A stretch of 64,000 bases of DNA from Candidatus Thalassarchaeaceae archaeon. GTDB lineage: Archaea; Thermoplasmatota; Poseidoniia; Poseidoniales; Thalassarchaeaceae. The stretch spans positions 68,272 to 132,271 of the forward strand of contig JAQXEZ010000016.1 of assembly GCA_029250605.1 (NCBI GenBank), read 5' to 3'. Position 1 is the stretch's first letter. Each line of letters begins with the position of its first letter. The notes under the pieces were generated by a model. It had not been told where the DNA came from and did no database searches. It saw only the letters and a program-made list of their open reading frames with translations. Positions 52,353-62,600 of this stretch are shown one piece after another. The position numbers and the translations under genes were made by a program.

Positions 52353-54062
52353 CTAGCCATGTAGCCAGACCAATTCTACTACTCCGTTGTTAATCCTATC
52401 AAGTCTGGCGAATCCGACTCTCTCAAACTGGTAGACTTCTCCGACCCTTAATTCAAAATCTTCAATCAAGCCCACCAATTCCCTAATCTTCTCCCCTTCA
52501 GGGACAAACATCTTTGCTTCTCTGGAAATCTTCTCAGGAAGCCAGTGGATGATTGGTCGACCATCACTCCTTTCTTCGCCTTCAATCTCTGCATTAGAAT
52601 CTGTTATTTCAATATCGGCGAAGTCTTTCAGACGCAACTTTCCTTGTTTGCAATCCTCCTCCTGAATGAAAATAAAATTCTCAACACCCCAAATCCTCAT
52701 CCCAGGGATTGCTCCGTCCGGATGCCTAGCAATCTTCGCTTCGGAGGGGGAATCCTCACTTTGAATTTCAATTCGAATGGGGTCTGAAACGAAAAACCTC
52801 CTTTCACAATTGCTGTCAATATTCTTCGAATTGAAAGACTCTAAGGTTTGCATTGAAATAGAGATGTCCTTCTGAGTTAGACCAATTTCATTCCAAAGAG
52901 AAATTAGAGATTGAGGCTCAAAACCCCTTCGCCGTAGAGCCCTTAGGGTGGGTAGACGCGCATCATCCCATCCATCATATTCTCCCGTTTTGATAGCAGA
53001 TGACATCTCTGATGTGGAGAATCCACCAAACTCGTGAATCTTCACTCTCCCCCAGTAAAGAGTCTCGGGATATGTCCATCCGAAGTGTTCGTACAACAAT
53101 GTCTGTTTCCTTGTGCTGTCCATCAGATCCTTACCTCTAATGATGTGAGTAACACCTTGTTCGTGGTCTTCAACCGCACTCTGGAAATCCAATAGGGGCC
53201 AAACCTTGTATTTGTCCCCAACTACTGGGTGAGGTGAGTGCTGAATCCTAAGTGCTGGCCAGTCCCTAAGTGCAGGATTAGGAAGGTTCATGCTAGTCTT
53301 TACACGTACTACTGCCCCTCCTTCCATAATTCCGCCAGAATTCATAGAATCCCAGTCTTCTAGACTCACCGAAACCCCTCTCCCTCTGCACGGGCAGTCA
53401 GTTTTTGCTTCTCGAAATCCACGAAACTCTTCAGCCCCACAACGACAAACATATCCATGACCCTCGGCAATCATCTTCTTTGCCTGTTTGAGGTAAATGG
53501 GCATTCGTTCACTAGCCTTGATGACAACATCAGCAACTCTTCCAGACAACCACTCGAAGTCTTCCTCAATCCAGTTGTACGCTTCCGCCAAAGGAGGTTT
53601 GACTCTGGTATCCGTGTCATCGAATCTGAGTACTATTTTACCATCGTATTTTTCTGCATACCTGGAATTAATCACGACTCCTCTTGAATGTCCAATTGAC
53701 AATGGGCCATTTGGGTTTGGTGCAAATCTAAGTACAACCTTTGATGTATCGCCGGGAAGTTCACGCAAACCCTCTTTCTTCTTGTGCCTCTCTCTCTTCA
53801 ATGCCTCTGGATCAATACCCCCAAGCTCTTTTCGAACTACTTCTAAACCCTCTTGATTCGCCAATGAATTAGCCTGTTCTACTTCGAAATCAATCAGATT
53901 TATCAGCCTCTTTGCGTGAGGGCGAAGATCGGACCTTTCTGCCAGAACTCTTCCTAGGACACTTCCTGCCTTGCCCTTTCCATCATATTCTATAGCGTTC
54001 TGTAATGCATATTTCCTCACGGTTTGTATGTCCTCGGGATCAAAACCATCGGCATCTCCCAT
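52353..54062 (-). CDS. gltX: Glutamyl-tRNA synthetase, archaeal/eukaryal type
   Basis: RFAPNPNGPLSIGHSRG (HIGH region). RFDDTDTRVKPP, HIIRGKDL, WGRVKI. The ATG at 54062 (MGDADGFDP) avoids overlap with rnhB, while the ORF-track start at 54116 would overlap it. Confidence 0.9.
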   Translation of the reverse strand: MGDADGFDPEDIQTVRKYALQNAIEYDGKGKAGSVLGRVLAERSDLRPHAKRLINLIDFEVEQANSLANQEGLEVVRKELGGIDPEALKRERHKKKEGLRELPGDTSKVVLRFAPNPNGPLSIGHSRGVVINSRYAEKYDGKIVLRFDDTDTRVKPPLAEAYNWIEEDFEWLSGRVADVVIKASERMPIYLKQAKKMIAEGHGYVCRCGAEEFRGFREAKTDCPCRGRGVSVSLEDWDSMNSGGIMEGGAVVRVKTSMNLPNPALRDWPALRIQHSPHPVVGDKYKVWPLLDFQSAVEDHEQGVTHIIRGKDLMDSTRKQTLLYEHFGWTYPETLYWGRVKIHEFGGFSTSEMSSAIKTGEYDGWDDARLPTLRALRRRGFEPQSLISLWNEIGLTQKDISISMQTLESFNSKNIDSNCERRFFVSDPIRIEIQSEDSPSEAKIARHPDGAIPGMRIWGVENFIFIQEEDCKQGKLRLKDFADIEITDSNAEIEGEERSDGRPIIHWLPEKISREAKMFVPEGEKIRELVGLIEDFELRVGEVYQFERVGFARLDRINNGVVELVWLHG

Positions 54063-54106
54063 GTTACTCGAACAAACCAGCCATTGGTTGCATTTCACCG
54101 TTCTTG

Positions 54107-54844
54107 CTAATTCCATTCGTCAAGAGCAGATTGAACCCCACTAGGGCCTCCAATCGTCCTTGATGGAATTGGCTTTCGATGGTGCGCCATCCATGCCCTC
54201 TCGACATTTTTCCACTTTCTCCTAAGGTATTCATTGGGGGGATCTTCCCTGCAAAGATCCTCAACTGCAATCTTTGACTTCGGGTCTGATGGATATCCCG
54301 AGCCTAGGTCAATTCCCAATTCTTTGGACAACTTCTCCATCGCCAAATCCCTATTCACTTTGGCGATAATGCTGGCTGCGCCAGTCACCACGTCCTCAGA
54401 ATCCATCCTATGCTTGGAAAATATTCTACAATCACTACCCAGTTCTCCCAATGTTGAAGATACATTCTCGCCAAAACGTTCCGCATCTACGTCACAAGCA
54501 TCTAGAAAAAGGCTGAACTCTAATGAACTCGCAGTCACCTTTGAAATTGCATCGGCAAAGGCCTTCACCTCCAGAGAATTCAGAGTTCCCGATTCCATCC
54601 ATAAATCAATGCTCACTGCATCACAATGTATCAAACCGATCTCCCAACCTCTAGATTCAGAAATGGCAATGATTTCAGTGTGTATTGACTCTCTCTTCGT
54701 CTTGGTTAGATTCTTTGAATCATCCACACCTAAATCTGTCAGAATAACTCTGTCCTCCATTGGGATAGAAAGTGCACACACAACCAAGGGTCCAATGGAA
54801 GGGCCCCTGCCTGCCTCGTCAACGCCTATGTGGTGAACTCCCAT
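54107..54844 (-). CDS. rnhB: Ribonuclease HII
   Basis: MGVHHIGVDEAGRGPSIGPLVVCA (DEAGRG metal site). DDSKNLTKTKRE. SIIAKVNRD. GSGYPSDP. Confidence 0.92.
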   Translation of the reverse strand: MGVHHIGVDEAGRGPSIGPLVVCALSIPMEDRVILTDLGVDDSKNLTKTKRESIHTEIIAISESRGWEIGLIHCDAVSIDLWMESGTLNSLEVKAFADAISKVTASSLEFSLFLDACDVDAERFGENVSSTLGELGSDCRIFSKHRMDSEDVVTGAASIIAKVNRDLAMEKLSKELGIDLGSGYPSDPKSKIAVEDLCREDPPNEYLRRKWKNVERAWMAHHRKPIPSRTIGGPSGVQSALDEWN

Positions 54845-54937
54845 ATTACCCTCCACTGACACCAATAGTCATGAAAACTACTGTTTTTTGACTTGAAATA
54901 GGGAAAGTATCATTCGTACACCCGTCGCTCATTGGAC

Positions 54938-55132
54938 ATGGGACCGATATGGCCATTCAAGAAGAAGAAAAAGGCGAAACCGGCTATTTCACGGACAAAT
55001 TACATGAAGAATGTAGTTGAGTATGAGAAAAAATCCGGAAAGAAAGAAAGTAAGAATGAAGATAAAAGCCATCTGGAGTCTAAGAAGTTCTTGGATGCAA
55101 TGAAGCTATTGTCAAATGATAAGGATGACTAG
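54938..55132 (+). CDS. Small lysine-rich hypothetical protein (64 aa)
   Basis: MGPIWPFKKKKKAKP... is very K/E-rich. 4-nt convergent overlap with the pheT stop. No family recognised and may not be coding. Confidence 0.25.
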   Translation: MGPIWPFKKKKKAKPAISRTNYMKNVVEYEKKSGKKESKNEDKSHLESKKFLDAMKLLSNDKDD

Positions 55133-56883
55133 GAAACAGGATCAGGAACCAGGAACCCAACTTCTTCCAGGTCAATTTCTCCCGCCTGAATTGGGGATTT
55201 TATTCCAAATCCACCGCTCACTTCGGGGGCAATTTCTCCGAATTCCCCTATTCTCTTTCCTTTGACCAGAATATGGCTGCCTCTACCAGTTATCCACGGT
55301 CCGTGCCCAGGTTCGGTAGGGGTAAACTCTACATCCTTATCTCCAGCACCCAGATCTCTCAGAAGTGCCTGAGCAATGCCCTTAGAGGAAGTGAATCCAC
55401 TACCAACCTCAGCACAAGTCCAAGCCCCCCTCTGGCTATTTCTGAAACCCTTCACTACAGTCCCCAATTCATACACTCTTTGGGGCAATTCGTGATGCCT
55501 ATTAGCAGCAAGTAATCTTAGCAGAGACGGCAGAATGTATTGCCTTAGAACAGTGTGATCCGACGTAATTGGATTGGAAATCAGTGCCATTCCCTGTTCT
55601 TGTGGCCATCTCACGATTTCGAATTGGTCCCTCTCATTTGAGAGAGTCAGACTTTGCACTTCCTGAAGTCCGCATGCCCTCATACTTTCTCCAAATCTCC
55701 TATCCAGATTAGAAGACACAAGTGGAATCGCATCCAGATGCGTCTTAGACAATATTTCTGGTAGGTTTTCGAAACCAAAACCTATCGCAATGTCCTCTAC
55801 AACATCAACCGGATGCATAATGTCACTCCTCCAACGAGGCATCGAAATAATGTGTTCAATCTCCCCCACAACACAGTCCGCCCACCTACCACGCTCATTG
55901 GGCCCGTCAGTCACAGTCTGACTCCTTTCCAGTTTTCCACCCATCTTAGAGATTGCACGCGATAACTCATCTGAACCCAACCCTAAGCCGAGAATTTTCC
56001 TAATCAGACTCTCTGGAACTCGATGCTTTCGAGCACCCCCATTGGGCACTCGGACACCTTCGACATTCGAACCGGATAATTCGATGCTCTCAACGATGCC
56101 CCCTCTTTCTGACATTGATAGGCACACAAGTAGCAGACAGGATTCACAGGCCCTAATATCCCATCCAGTAACATCGATGAAGAAATCCTCAGTACTCGCG
56201 TTAACAGTTGTATGGCTTCCATTGATTATCGGTGGAAATGAGAGGACCCTATCTTCAGAATCCAGAATAACTGGAAAACGATCCATCCCTTCCATTAGGT
56301 GGGAATACTCGGCACCTTTCGGGTGTTCTTCCAGAATCCGTTCTATTGTCATCTCTTCTGAGCAGGCGAGTGGAATGAAAGAGAAATTTGACGGTACTGT
56401 AGTTGCCCTGAGAGGGGGTTTCAGAGAGCTTAGGTCGTGGACACCTATCGATGCGAATTTTCTTCTTCTCCCTAATGTCATGTGTAACTTTTCTTGATGG
56501 TCCATCAGAGTTTGAATGAAATTTTCCCTTTCTTCCAGATTAGATCCGGTGTCGACCCCCCTAACAACTGCGCCCATTACTATCGGTCTGACATCTTTCA
56601 ATTCGGAGGCGATTGAAAGCTTGATTTCACCCTGAGATACTGGTAAGGAAACTCCTACTTCTGATGTTGAAAGAAATGCACGGGAAGCCCTTGCAATAGT
56701 CTCATGGCTGAGAAGATCAGGTCGATCTGGAAAAACTTCGACCTCTATTGATTCCTCGCTATTGCTATCTACCGGGCAACCCAATTCCGGCAACCATTCG
56801 GACCATTCCCCGGCTACATGCCTATGCCCGTGAATATTCTGAATGTAACTGAGGATGGAGTGTTTGAAATCAAGAGTAGGAAT
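55129..56883 (-). CDS. pheT: Phenylalanyl-tRNA synthetase beta subunit (archaeal type), probable non-canonical ATT start
   Basis: VEVFPDRPDLLSHETIARA plus B3/4- and B5-like regions and a length typical of archaeal PheT. The conserved N-terminus (I/M)PTLDFKHSIL... lies upstream of the first canonical start (TTG at 56793). ATT at 56883 follows GAGGTGA by 4 nt. The conservative coordinates are 55129..56793. Confidence 0.85.
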   Translation of the reverse strand: MPTLDFKHSILSYIQNIHGHRHVAGEWSEWLPELGCPVDSNSEESIEVEVFPDRPDLLSHETIARASRAFLSTSEVGVSLPVSQGEIKLSIASELKDVRPIVMGAVVRGVDTGSNLEERENFIQTLMDHQEKLHMTLGRRRKFASIGVHDLSSLKPPLRATTVPSNFSFIPLACSEEMTIERILEEHPKGAEYSHLMEGMDRFPVILDSEDRVLSFPPIINGSHTTVNASTEDFFIDVTGWDIRACESCLLLVCLSMSERGGIVESIELSGSNVEGVRVPNGGARKHRVPESLIRKILGLGLGSDELSRAISKMGGKLERSQTVTDGPNERGRWADCVVGEIEHIISMPRWRSDIMHPVDVVEDIAIGFGFENLPEILSKTHLDAIPLVSSNLDRRFGESMRACGLQEVQSLTLSNERDQFEIVRWPQEQGMALISNPITSDHTVLRQYILPSLLRLLAANRHHELPQRVYELGTVVKGFRNSQRGAWTCAEVGSGFTSSKGIAQALLRDLGAGDKDVEFTPTEPGHGPWITGRGSHILVKGKRIGEFGEIAPEVSGGFGIKSPIQAGEIDLEEVGFLVPDPVS

Positions 56884-56887
56884 TTTC

Positions 56888-58429
56888 TCACCTCAGATCT
56901 AGCCACATCTTCAGGGGGCGATCATATCCAACCAATCTCAAGCCAGATATTGCAGCGGTATCAAAATCGTTTGCTCGAAGATTCCTCCTCCCTATCCTCT
57001 CAATCCTATCCACGCCTATTTCTCGCATCCACCCACGAATTCCCATGGATAACTCGTCAATCTTCGAACTCAAGTCATTTTCAGGGCAGGGGGAGACCAA
57101 TGCAGCACATCCTGATGCCACGGCAATTATCAGGTCCTTAGCATCAGGCTCGTGCAAGACCTCAATCATCACAAATTTCCCCATCTCCCCTATCCCAATT
57201 GCCTTCGCAGCCAAACCTATTTTTGGAAGTGAAGAGGCTAGACGAGAACCACTTCTCGTTGCACAGTTCACTACTGCTCCATCCAACTCCAAGTCCATAA
57301 CAAGTCTGAAAAGACGCTCAATTCTGTCAATTCTTCCCCTTAGTAATATTATCGAATTCCCTGACATCCTACTTCGAAGCGAAATCAACATCGCTTCTAT
57401 TTCTGCGTCATTCAGTCCCGGAAAGTCTGTGATGTCGAAAACAATGCCCGAACAATTACCGGTATAATCGATTGCCTCGGAGAACTCATCCTTTCCAACT
57501 AATAGCAGATCGTTACTTCTTGATTTTGTCCTGACAATCGCAGGCACAACTACGTCCTTCCATTTTTCAGAACCGATTGTCGTCTCACAAGTCATGATCC
57601 AAGGGATTTTCAATAGTGCACCTCCCGAATCGGCTCCATCTTGAACTAGAAGTGTGTAATGATCCAGAGGCGCATTATCCGACAACGAGTCATTATTTGG
57701 ATATAGTGAAATATTTTCAAAACCCTCAGAGATGAAGAATTCTGGTGCCTCAATAGTTGCCGAAGTTTCTACTCCGGGCTCTAGAACCAAAGCATCGTCA
57801 TTCAGAGCCAGACCCATCGGTTCTAGCAATTTCGAGAATTCAGTAATTTCAGACTTCTTTATCGATCTCATTTCCACTCCATCTGGAGGTGGCGGGCAAC
57901 TGCCAGAAATGATGACCCTGCCTCCAGTCATTCCTATCCCGGGCTCCGAACCAACCGACCCCATTACCAAGATCGAACCACCTGCCATCCCAGATCCTAG
58001 GCGATCACCTGAATGCCCTCTAATTAGCAGAATACCGCCAGACATAGAGGAACCGGATTCATCCCCCGCCGATCCTTGAATAGAAATCTCCCCCCCCGTC
58101 ATTCCAAATCCTGCCTTGTTGCCAACATCTTTCTCTACAACTGTTTTTCCGGAAAGGTGAAACGCTCCAAGCATAGATCCAGCATCTCCCCTTAGGGTCA
58201 AAGTTCCGCCCCGATTTGCTGCTCCAACACAATCTCCGAGAGATCCGAGACAAAGTACTCTTGCACCCTCCGGCAAGTGAGTCATTACTCCAAACTCTCC
58301 ATTCTTGGGTCTTTCATCACCGGCTCGACCCCAACCAATCTTTACTGGACGATCCTGTTCTAATGCCTGCTCGACATACCTGTCCAAGTCATTGTTGAGT
58401 TTCAAACTCTTACTGACAATATCTCTCAA
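56888..58429 (-). CDS. GXGXG-motif (glutamate synthase alpha-subunit C-terminal / FwdC-like) domain protein fused to a degenerate Glu-synthase FMN-barrel-like C-terminal domain
   Basis: Repeats ..GSLGDCVGAANRGGTLTLRGDAGSMLGAF..GFGMTGGEISIQGSAGDESGSSMSGGILLIRGHSGDRLGSGMAGGSILVMGSVGSEPGIGMTGGRVIISG. The C-terminal half (LELDGAVVNCATRSGS...IIAVASGCAALV...GIRGWMREIGVDRIERIGRRNL) vaguely resembles the end of the FMN-binding barrel. TTG is the only start. Confidence 0.6.
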   Translation of the reverse strand: MRDIVSKSLKLNNDLDRYVEQALEQDRPVKIGWGRAGDERPKNGEFGVMTHLPEGARVLCLGSLGDCVGAANRGGTLTLRGDAGSMLGAFHLSGKTVVEKDVGNKAGFGMTGGEISIQGSAGDESGSSMSGGILLIRGHSGDRLGSGMAGGSILVMGSVGSEPGIGMTGGRVIISGSCPPPPDGVEMRSIKKSEITEFSKLLEPMGLALNDDALVLEPGVETSATIEAPEFFISEGFENISLYPNNDSLSDNAPLDHYTLLVQDGADSGGALLKIPWIMTCETTIGSEKWKDVVVPAIVRTKSRSNDLLLVGKDEFSEAIDYTGNCSGIVFDITDFPGLNDAEIEAMLISLRSRMSGNSIILLRGRIDRIERLFRLVMDLELDGAVVNCATRSGSRLASSLPKIGLAAKAIGIGEMGKFVMIEVLHEPDAKDLIIAVASGCAALVSPCPENDLSSKIDELSMGIRGWMREIGVDRIERIGRRNLRANDFDTAAISGLRLVGYDRPLKMWLDLR

Positions 58430-58559
58430 ACCATGGCCCCCTGCATTACCCTAGTATCCAGAAAGGGGCGACTCATTATTGACTCTTGCCGAATTCGCTA
58501 TGTTCATAGGCATCCTTCAGACGTCGATTGACCAAAGGCAAAGACATGGGGATTTGAAA

Positions 58560-59600
58560 ATGGAAACCATAAAGGTGGCAATAAACGGTTTTGGCACTAT
58601 TGGGAAGCGCGTTGCAGACGCGATCGACGCCCAAGAAGATATGGAAGTTACAGGAGTAACGAAAACAGGTCCAAGTTTTGGATGCGAGCTCGCAATCAAG
58701 AAAGACTACCCCCTTTATTGCACATTTGATGATGGCGACCGGATTGACCAATTCTCGAAGAAGGGTTATGCCTGCTCAGGGGGCCTTTCTGACTTGCTAG
58801 CAATTTCTGATGTAGTCGTAGATTGCGCCCCGGGAAAATTAGGCGCACAAAATCTTGAGAAATATCAGTCTGCAGGAATAAAGTACATTTTCCAAGGAGG
58901 AGAAAAGCACGAATTAACCGGCCTGTCCTACACTTCATCCGCTAATCACTCGGAGAATATGAATGCAATTGGGACAAGAGTGGTTTCTTGTAATACAACT
59001 GGCCTGTCTCGCACCCTAGTCCCACTTTTCGATCACTGTGGCTCACTGAAGGTCGAATGTACAATGATTAGGAGAGCAGCAGATCCCGGAGACTCAGGAA
59101 AGGGGCCAATCAATGCTATCAAACCCGTACTGAAAGTGCCAAGCCACCATGGTCCAGATGTGATGACCGTAAAACCTGAGATTGAGATAAACAGTCTCGC
59201 TGTAGCCGTTCCAACAACGTTAATGCACGTCCATAGCATTATCGCCGATCTCCCGGAGGGACATGGGCTAACTACTGATTCGATAATTCAAATGTGGACC
59301 GAAACCCCACGGGTAATCATCATGAACGGTTCGGAGGACCGAATTCCAACTACTGCAGAAGTGATGGAGATGGCTAGAGACATAGGCAGGAAATGGGGCG
59401 ATTTGCACGAAATTTTCGTTTGGGAAGATGGGGTAAAACTTGTCGGAGACCGCCTCTACTATTTCCAAGCAATCCATCAGGAGAGCGATGTAATCCCCGA
59501 GAATGTTGATTGCATCAGGGCACTGATGGGTGTTGAGGAGGACTGGCGCAAGTCCGTTTCTAAGACCGATGAATCAATCAGCCGATATTATTCCACATAG
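58560..59600 (+). CDS. gap: Glyceraldehyde-3-phosphate dehydrogenase, archaeal type II
   Basis: METIKVAINGFGTIGKRVADAI (NAD fold). VVSCNTTGLSRTL (catalytic Cys). KVPSHHGPDV. 346 aa. The ORF-track TTG at 58479 adds a non-conserved leader. Confidence 0.92.
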   Translation: METIKVAINGFGTIGKRVADAIDAQEDMEVTGVTKTGPSFGCELAIKKDYPLYCTFDDGDRIDQFSKKGYACSGGLSDLLAISDVVVDCAPGKLGAQNLEKYQSAGIKYIFQGGEKHELTGLSYTSSANHSENMNAIGTRVVSCNTTGLSRTLVPLFDHCGSLKVECTMIRRAADPGDSGKGPINAIKPVLKVPSHHGPDVMTVKPEIEINSLAVAVPTTLMHVHSIIADLPEGHGLTTDSIIQMWTETPRVIIMNGSEDRIPTTAEVMEMARDIGRKWGDLHEIFVWEDGVKLVGDRLYYFQAIHQESDVIPENVDCIRALMGVEEDWRKSVSKTDESISRYYST

Positions 59601-59660
59601 TATCGATATTCAATCGCATAGTGTCAATAGTCAAAAGAGAATCTAGTCTCGGAATGACGA

Positions 59661-62600
59661 ATGACAACCACAAAATCAGTCTGTTCAGTCATTGCTCTCT
59701 TTTTACTCTCGACTTTCGCCCATTCGTTTTCATTAGAACCATCATTCGAAGAAAAGTCATTTTCTCAGTCCTCAGATGTTTCCAACGAGAAAAACTGGGC
59801 TATGTTTGAAAACCCAATTTCCAGTGATTATCAAATATCGGAATCATCTGGTAAGATTCATACTCCTTTCGGGATTTCCGATCCTCTGGTTGAAGACCTG
59901 CCCTTGGGCCCGTGGCAGATAATTGGCCTGCAAAGGCCATATGATAGCCGATTACATATTGTTCAATCTATTAGCTCAGACTTGTTTGGATTGGAGAATG
60001 ATCTCACATCCATCGGAATAGAGATTATTGACCATATCCCAGATGATTCTGTAGTTATCAGCCTCTCTGAAGAGAACACAGATGCAGGAATTTCACGAGT
60101 TCAGAATCTTTCCCAGGTTCGCTGGGCCGGCCCCATGCCATCAATGTGGAAGATTTCTAACTCCTTAGTTACATTAATGCAGTTCGAAGACCCTCTAATT
60201 GACCTAGATGTCACTCCATCTCCAACGAATTCGCCCGAGGACCACACCGATCTAAATGAGTTAATCCACTCCTTCGAGGGCATCCAGTACGAATCTTACC
60301 AATGCGACTCACACCTTTGCCAGATAAAATCTGCAAAACCTTCGTTGATAATTTCGTTAGCATCAGACCATAGAGTCACTAGAGTCGATCCAGGACCAGT
60401 CCTTTCTATCCAGAACTCTAATGCCACCATTATTTCAGGTGCCGATTTTGCGAGGACAATATCTGGGGTAAACCTCACTGGATCAGGTGAAGTAATCGGG
60501 ATAACTGACACCGGTCTCGATACAGACCACGGAGACTTCGATGGAAGGCTCAGGAGTCCCGTATTCAATTTGTTCGGGGCGGACACTTCCGGCGCCGATT
60601 CAAACAGCGGCCACGGTACTCACGTAACCTCTACACTATTGGGGGACGGTTCAGGGGACTCAAATTCTACTGGCATCGTTCCCCAAGCGACTTTCAATTT
60701 TTACCAATTAGAGATTGACAGCTCCGGAATATTAGCAAGATGGGGTTCACTGTACGAAATGTTCGAGCACTCGCTGATGAACGATGCGAACATTCACACA
60801 AACAGTTGGGGGAGTGAAAACCTTGTTGGAGACTATACCTCGGACTCTCGCTCCATTGACTGGTTTACAAATGACTATCCTGAGTTCCTAGTGATTTTTT
60901 CTGCCGGCGATATGGGCGTATCTGGAGTGACCTCCCCAAGTACTGCAAAAAACGCCTTATCAGTTGGGGCCTCAACCACGGGAGCCTTTGGTTCTGAGCC
61001 CATAGGTCAGGTCTTCAATGAATCATCTTCGGGCCCGACTTCAGATGGTCGAATTAAGCCTGATTTGGTTGCACCCGGGGTAATGATATGTTCCGCACGA
61101 GCCCAGGAAGCAGACCTTGCCACTGGTGGGGACTGCTCTAATTCGATGCATTCCGACGGTTCCACTCCTATGTACATGACACTGAATGGAAGCTCGATGG
61201 CAACCCCAGTTGTAGCCGGAGCCTCTGCAATGGCAAGAGAATTCTTGAGGACTGAAGTTGGAATCGAGAACCCCCAATCCGCCCTTATCAGGGCATTGTT
61301 AGTTAACGGGGCAGAGGATATTGGCGAGCAGGACGTGCCGAACTCTCGTGAAGGATGGGGGCAACTCAATATCTCAAACAGCCTCTTTCCGAAAAGTAAC
61401 GGAGAAAATCTATCCGTATTCTACGATCAAGAAAGGCAACTAATGCCAGGTCATAGTTTCATCTACACATTCGAGGTTTCTGGAGGTAACGGGATTGATG
61501 TTACTCTGGCATGGAACGATATGGAGGGTTCTGCTTCTGCGGATCAGAACGCAAGCCGACTTGTCAACAACCTCGATCTTGTGGTAATTTCACCAACTGG
61601 AGAAGAGTACAAGGGGAACCACTTTGCAAATGGAATTAGTCAAACATCAGGTCCTAGTGACCAACTGAATAACCTCGAGAGAGTCAGGCTACCATCTTCT
61701 CAGTCAGGAACCTGGTCTATCCAGGTCGGACATGCGGGTGGTTTCGCTCAAGACTTCTCATTGGTCTTATCCGCGGATGCAGAAGAACGCCAAGAGGCAG
61801 ATCTAACAGTTGTCCCCAATTCTATCTTCTCCTCTGAAAACAGCCCACTTAAGGGAGATACAATCTCCATGCAACTTTCTTGGATTAATCAAGCAGCAGC
61901 ATCATCAGGAAACTACTCAATATCGATACAGGACATTACTGACGGGACTGCGATTGGGACCTATTCGATGCCATCACTCGTGGGAGGGGGGATTAAGACA
62001 TTTTCAATTTACCATTCTTTCCCAACCACAGGAACTCACATCGTGAGGCTAACTCTTGATCACTTTTCTGAGGTCGTTGAACTAAATGATGAGAACTCGG
62101 GAACAAATAACAATGTGTTTGATCTGGAATTGGATGTAACTGAGATAGGTGTCCGAGTCACACCCCTTATGGCCGATGGATCTCATCCTTCCGACTTCCA
62201 GGAATTAAAATCTGCCAAGTCTCAGAATATCGATCCAAGCTTGGTAAGTTGGGCTGAATTCCAACTAGAACTATTGAATGAGGGAACCTCAGAGATCACA
62301 GTTGAACTCTCAACTTCCGCCGTACAAATAATCGATGAGTCTGGCATCATGAACACCCCACAGGATGAGTGGTCTCGTTCTCTAAGTGAAGCAGGACCTT
62401 GGGTGCTCTCTCCTTTCGGAGACGAGGGCGACCGAGTGGTAATCTCACTGAATCTCACTGATGAAGATGCAGATATAGAAAGCAGATTCGCACTTCCTGG
62501 ACTTTTCGTTTCCGAAATCACCCTAAGGGACAAGATGTCCCCAACAATATTTCATTCCATTCGCCTATCTGTTGACATTGATCGCGTAGAGGGCCTATTT

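Noticed and set aside
54234-54836. 200-aa plus-strand ORF
   Set aside because: It is entirely antisense to rnhB, which has the DEAGRG and other RNase HII motifs.
59621-59809. 62-aa ORF listed in the track upstream of and overlapping the protease start
   Set aside because: It overlaps the signal-peptide-encoding start of the long S8 protease frame (ATG 59661) in another frame. It has no features of its own.
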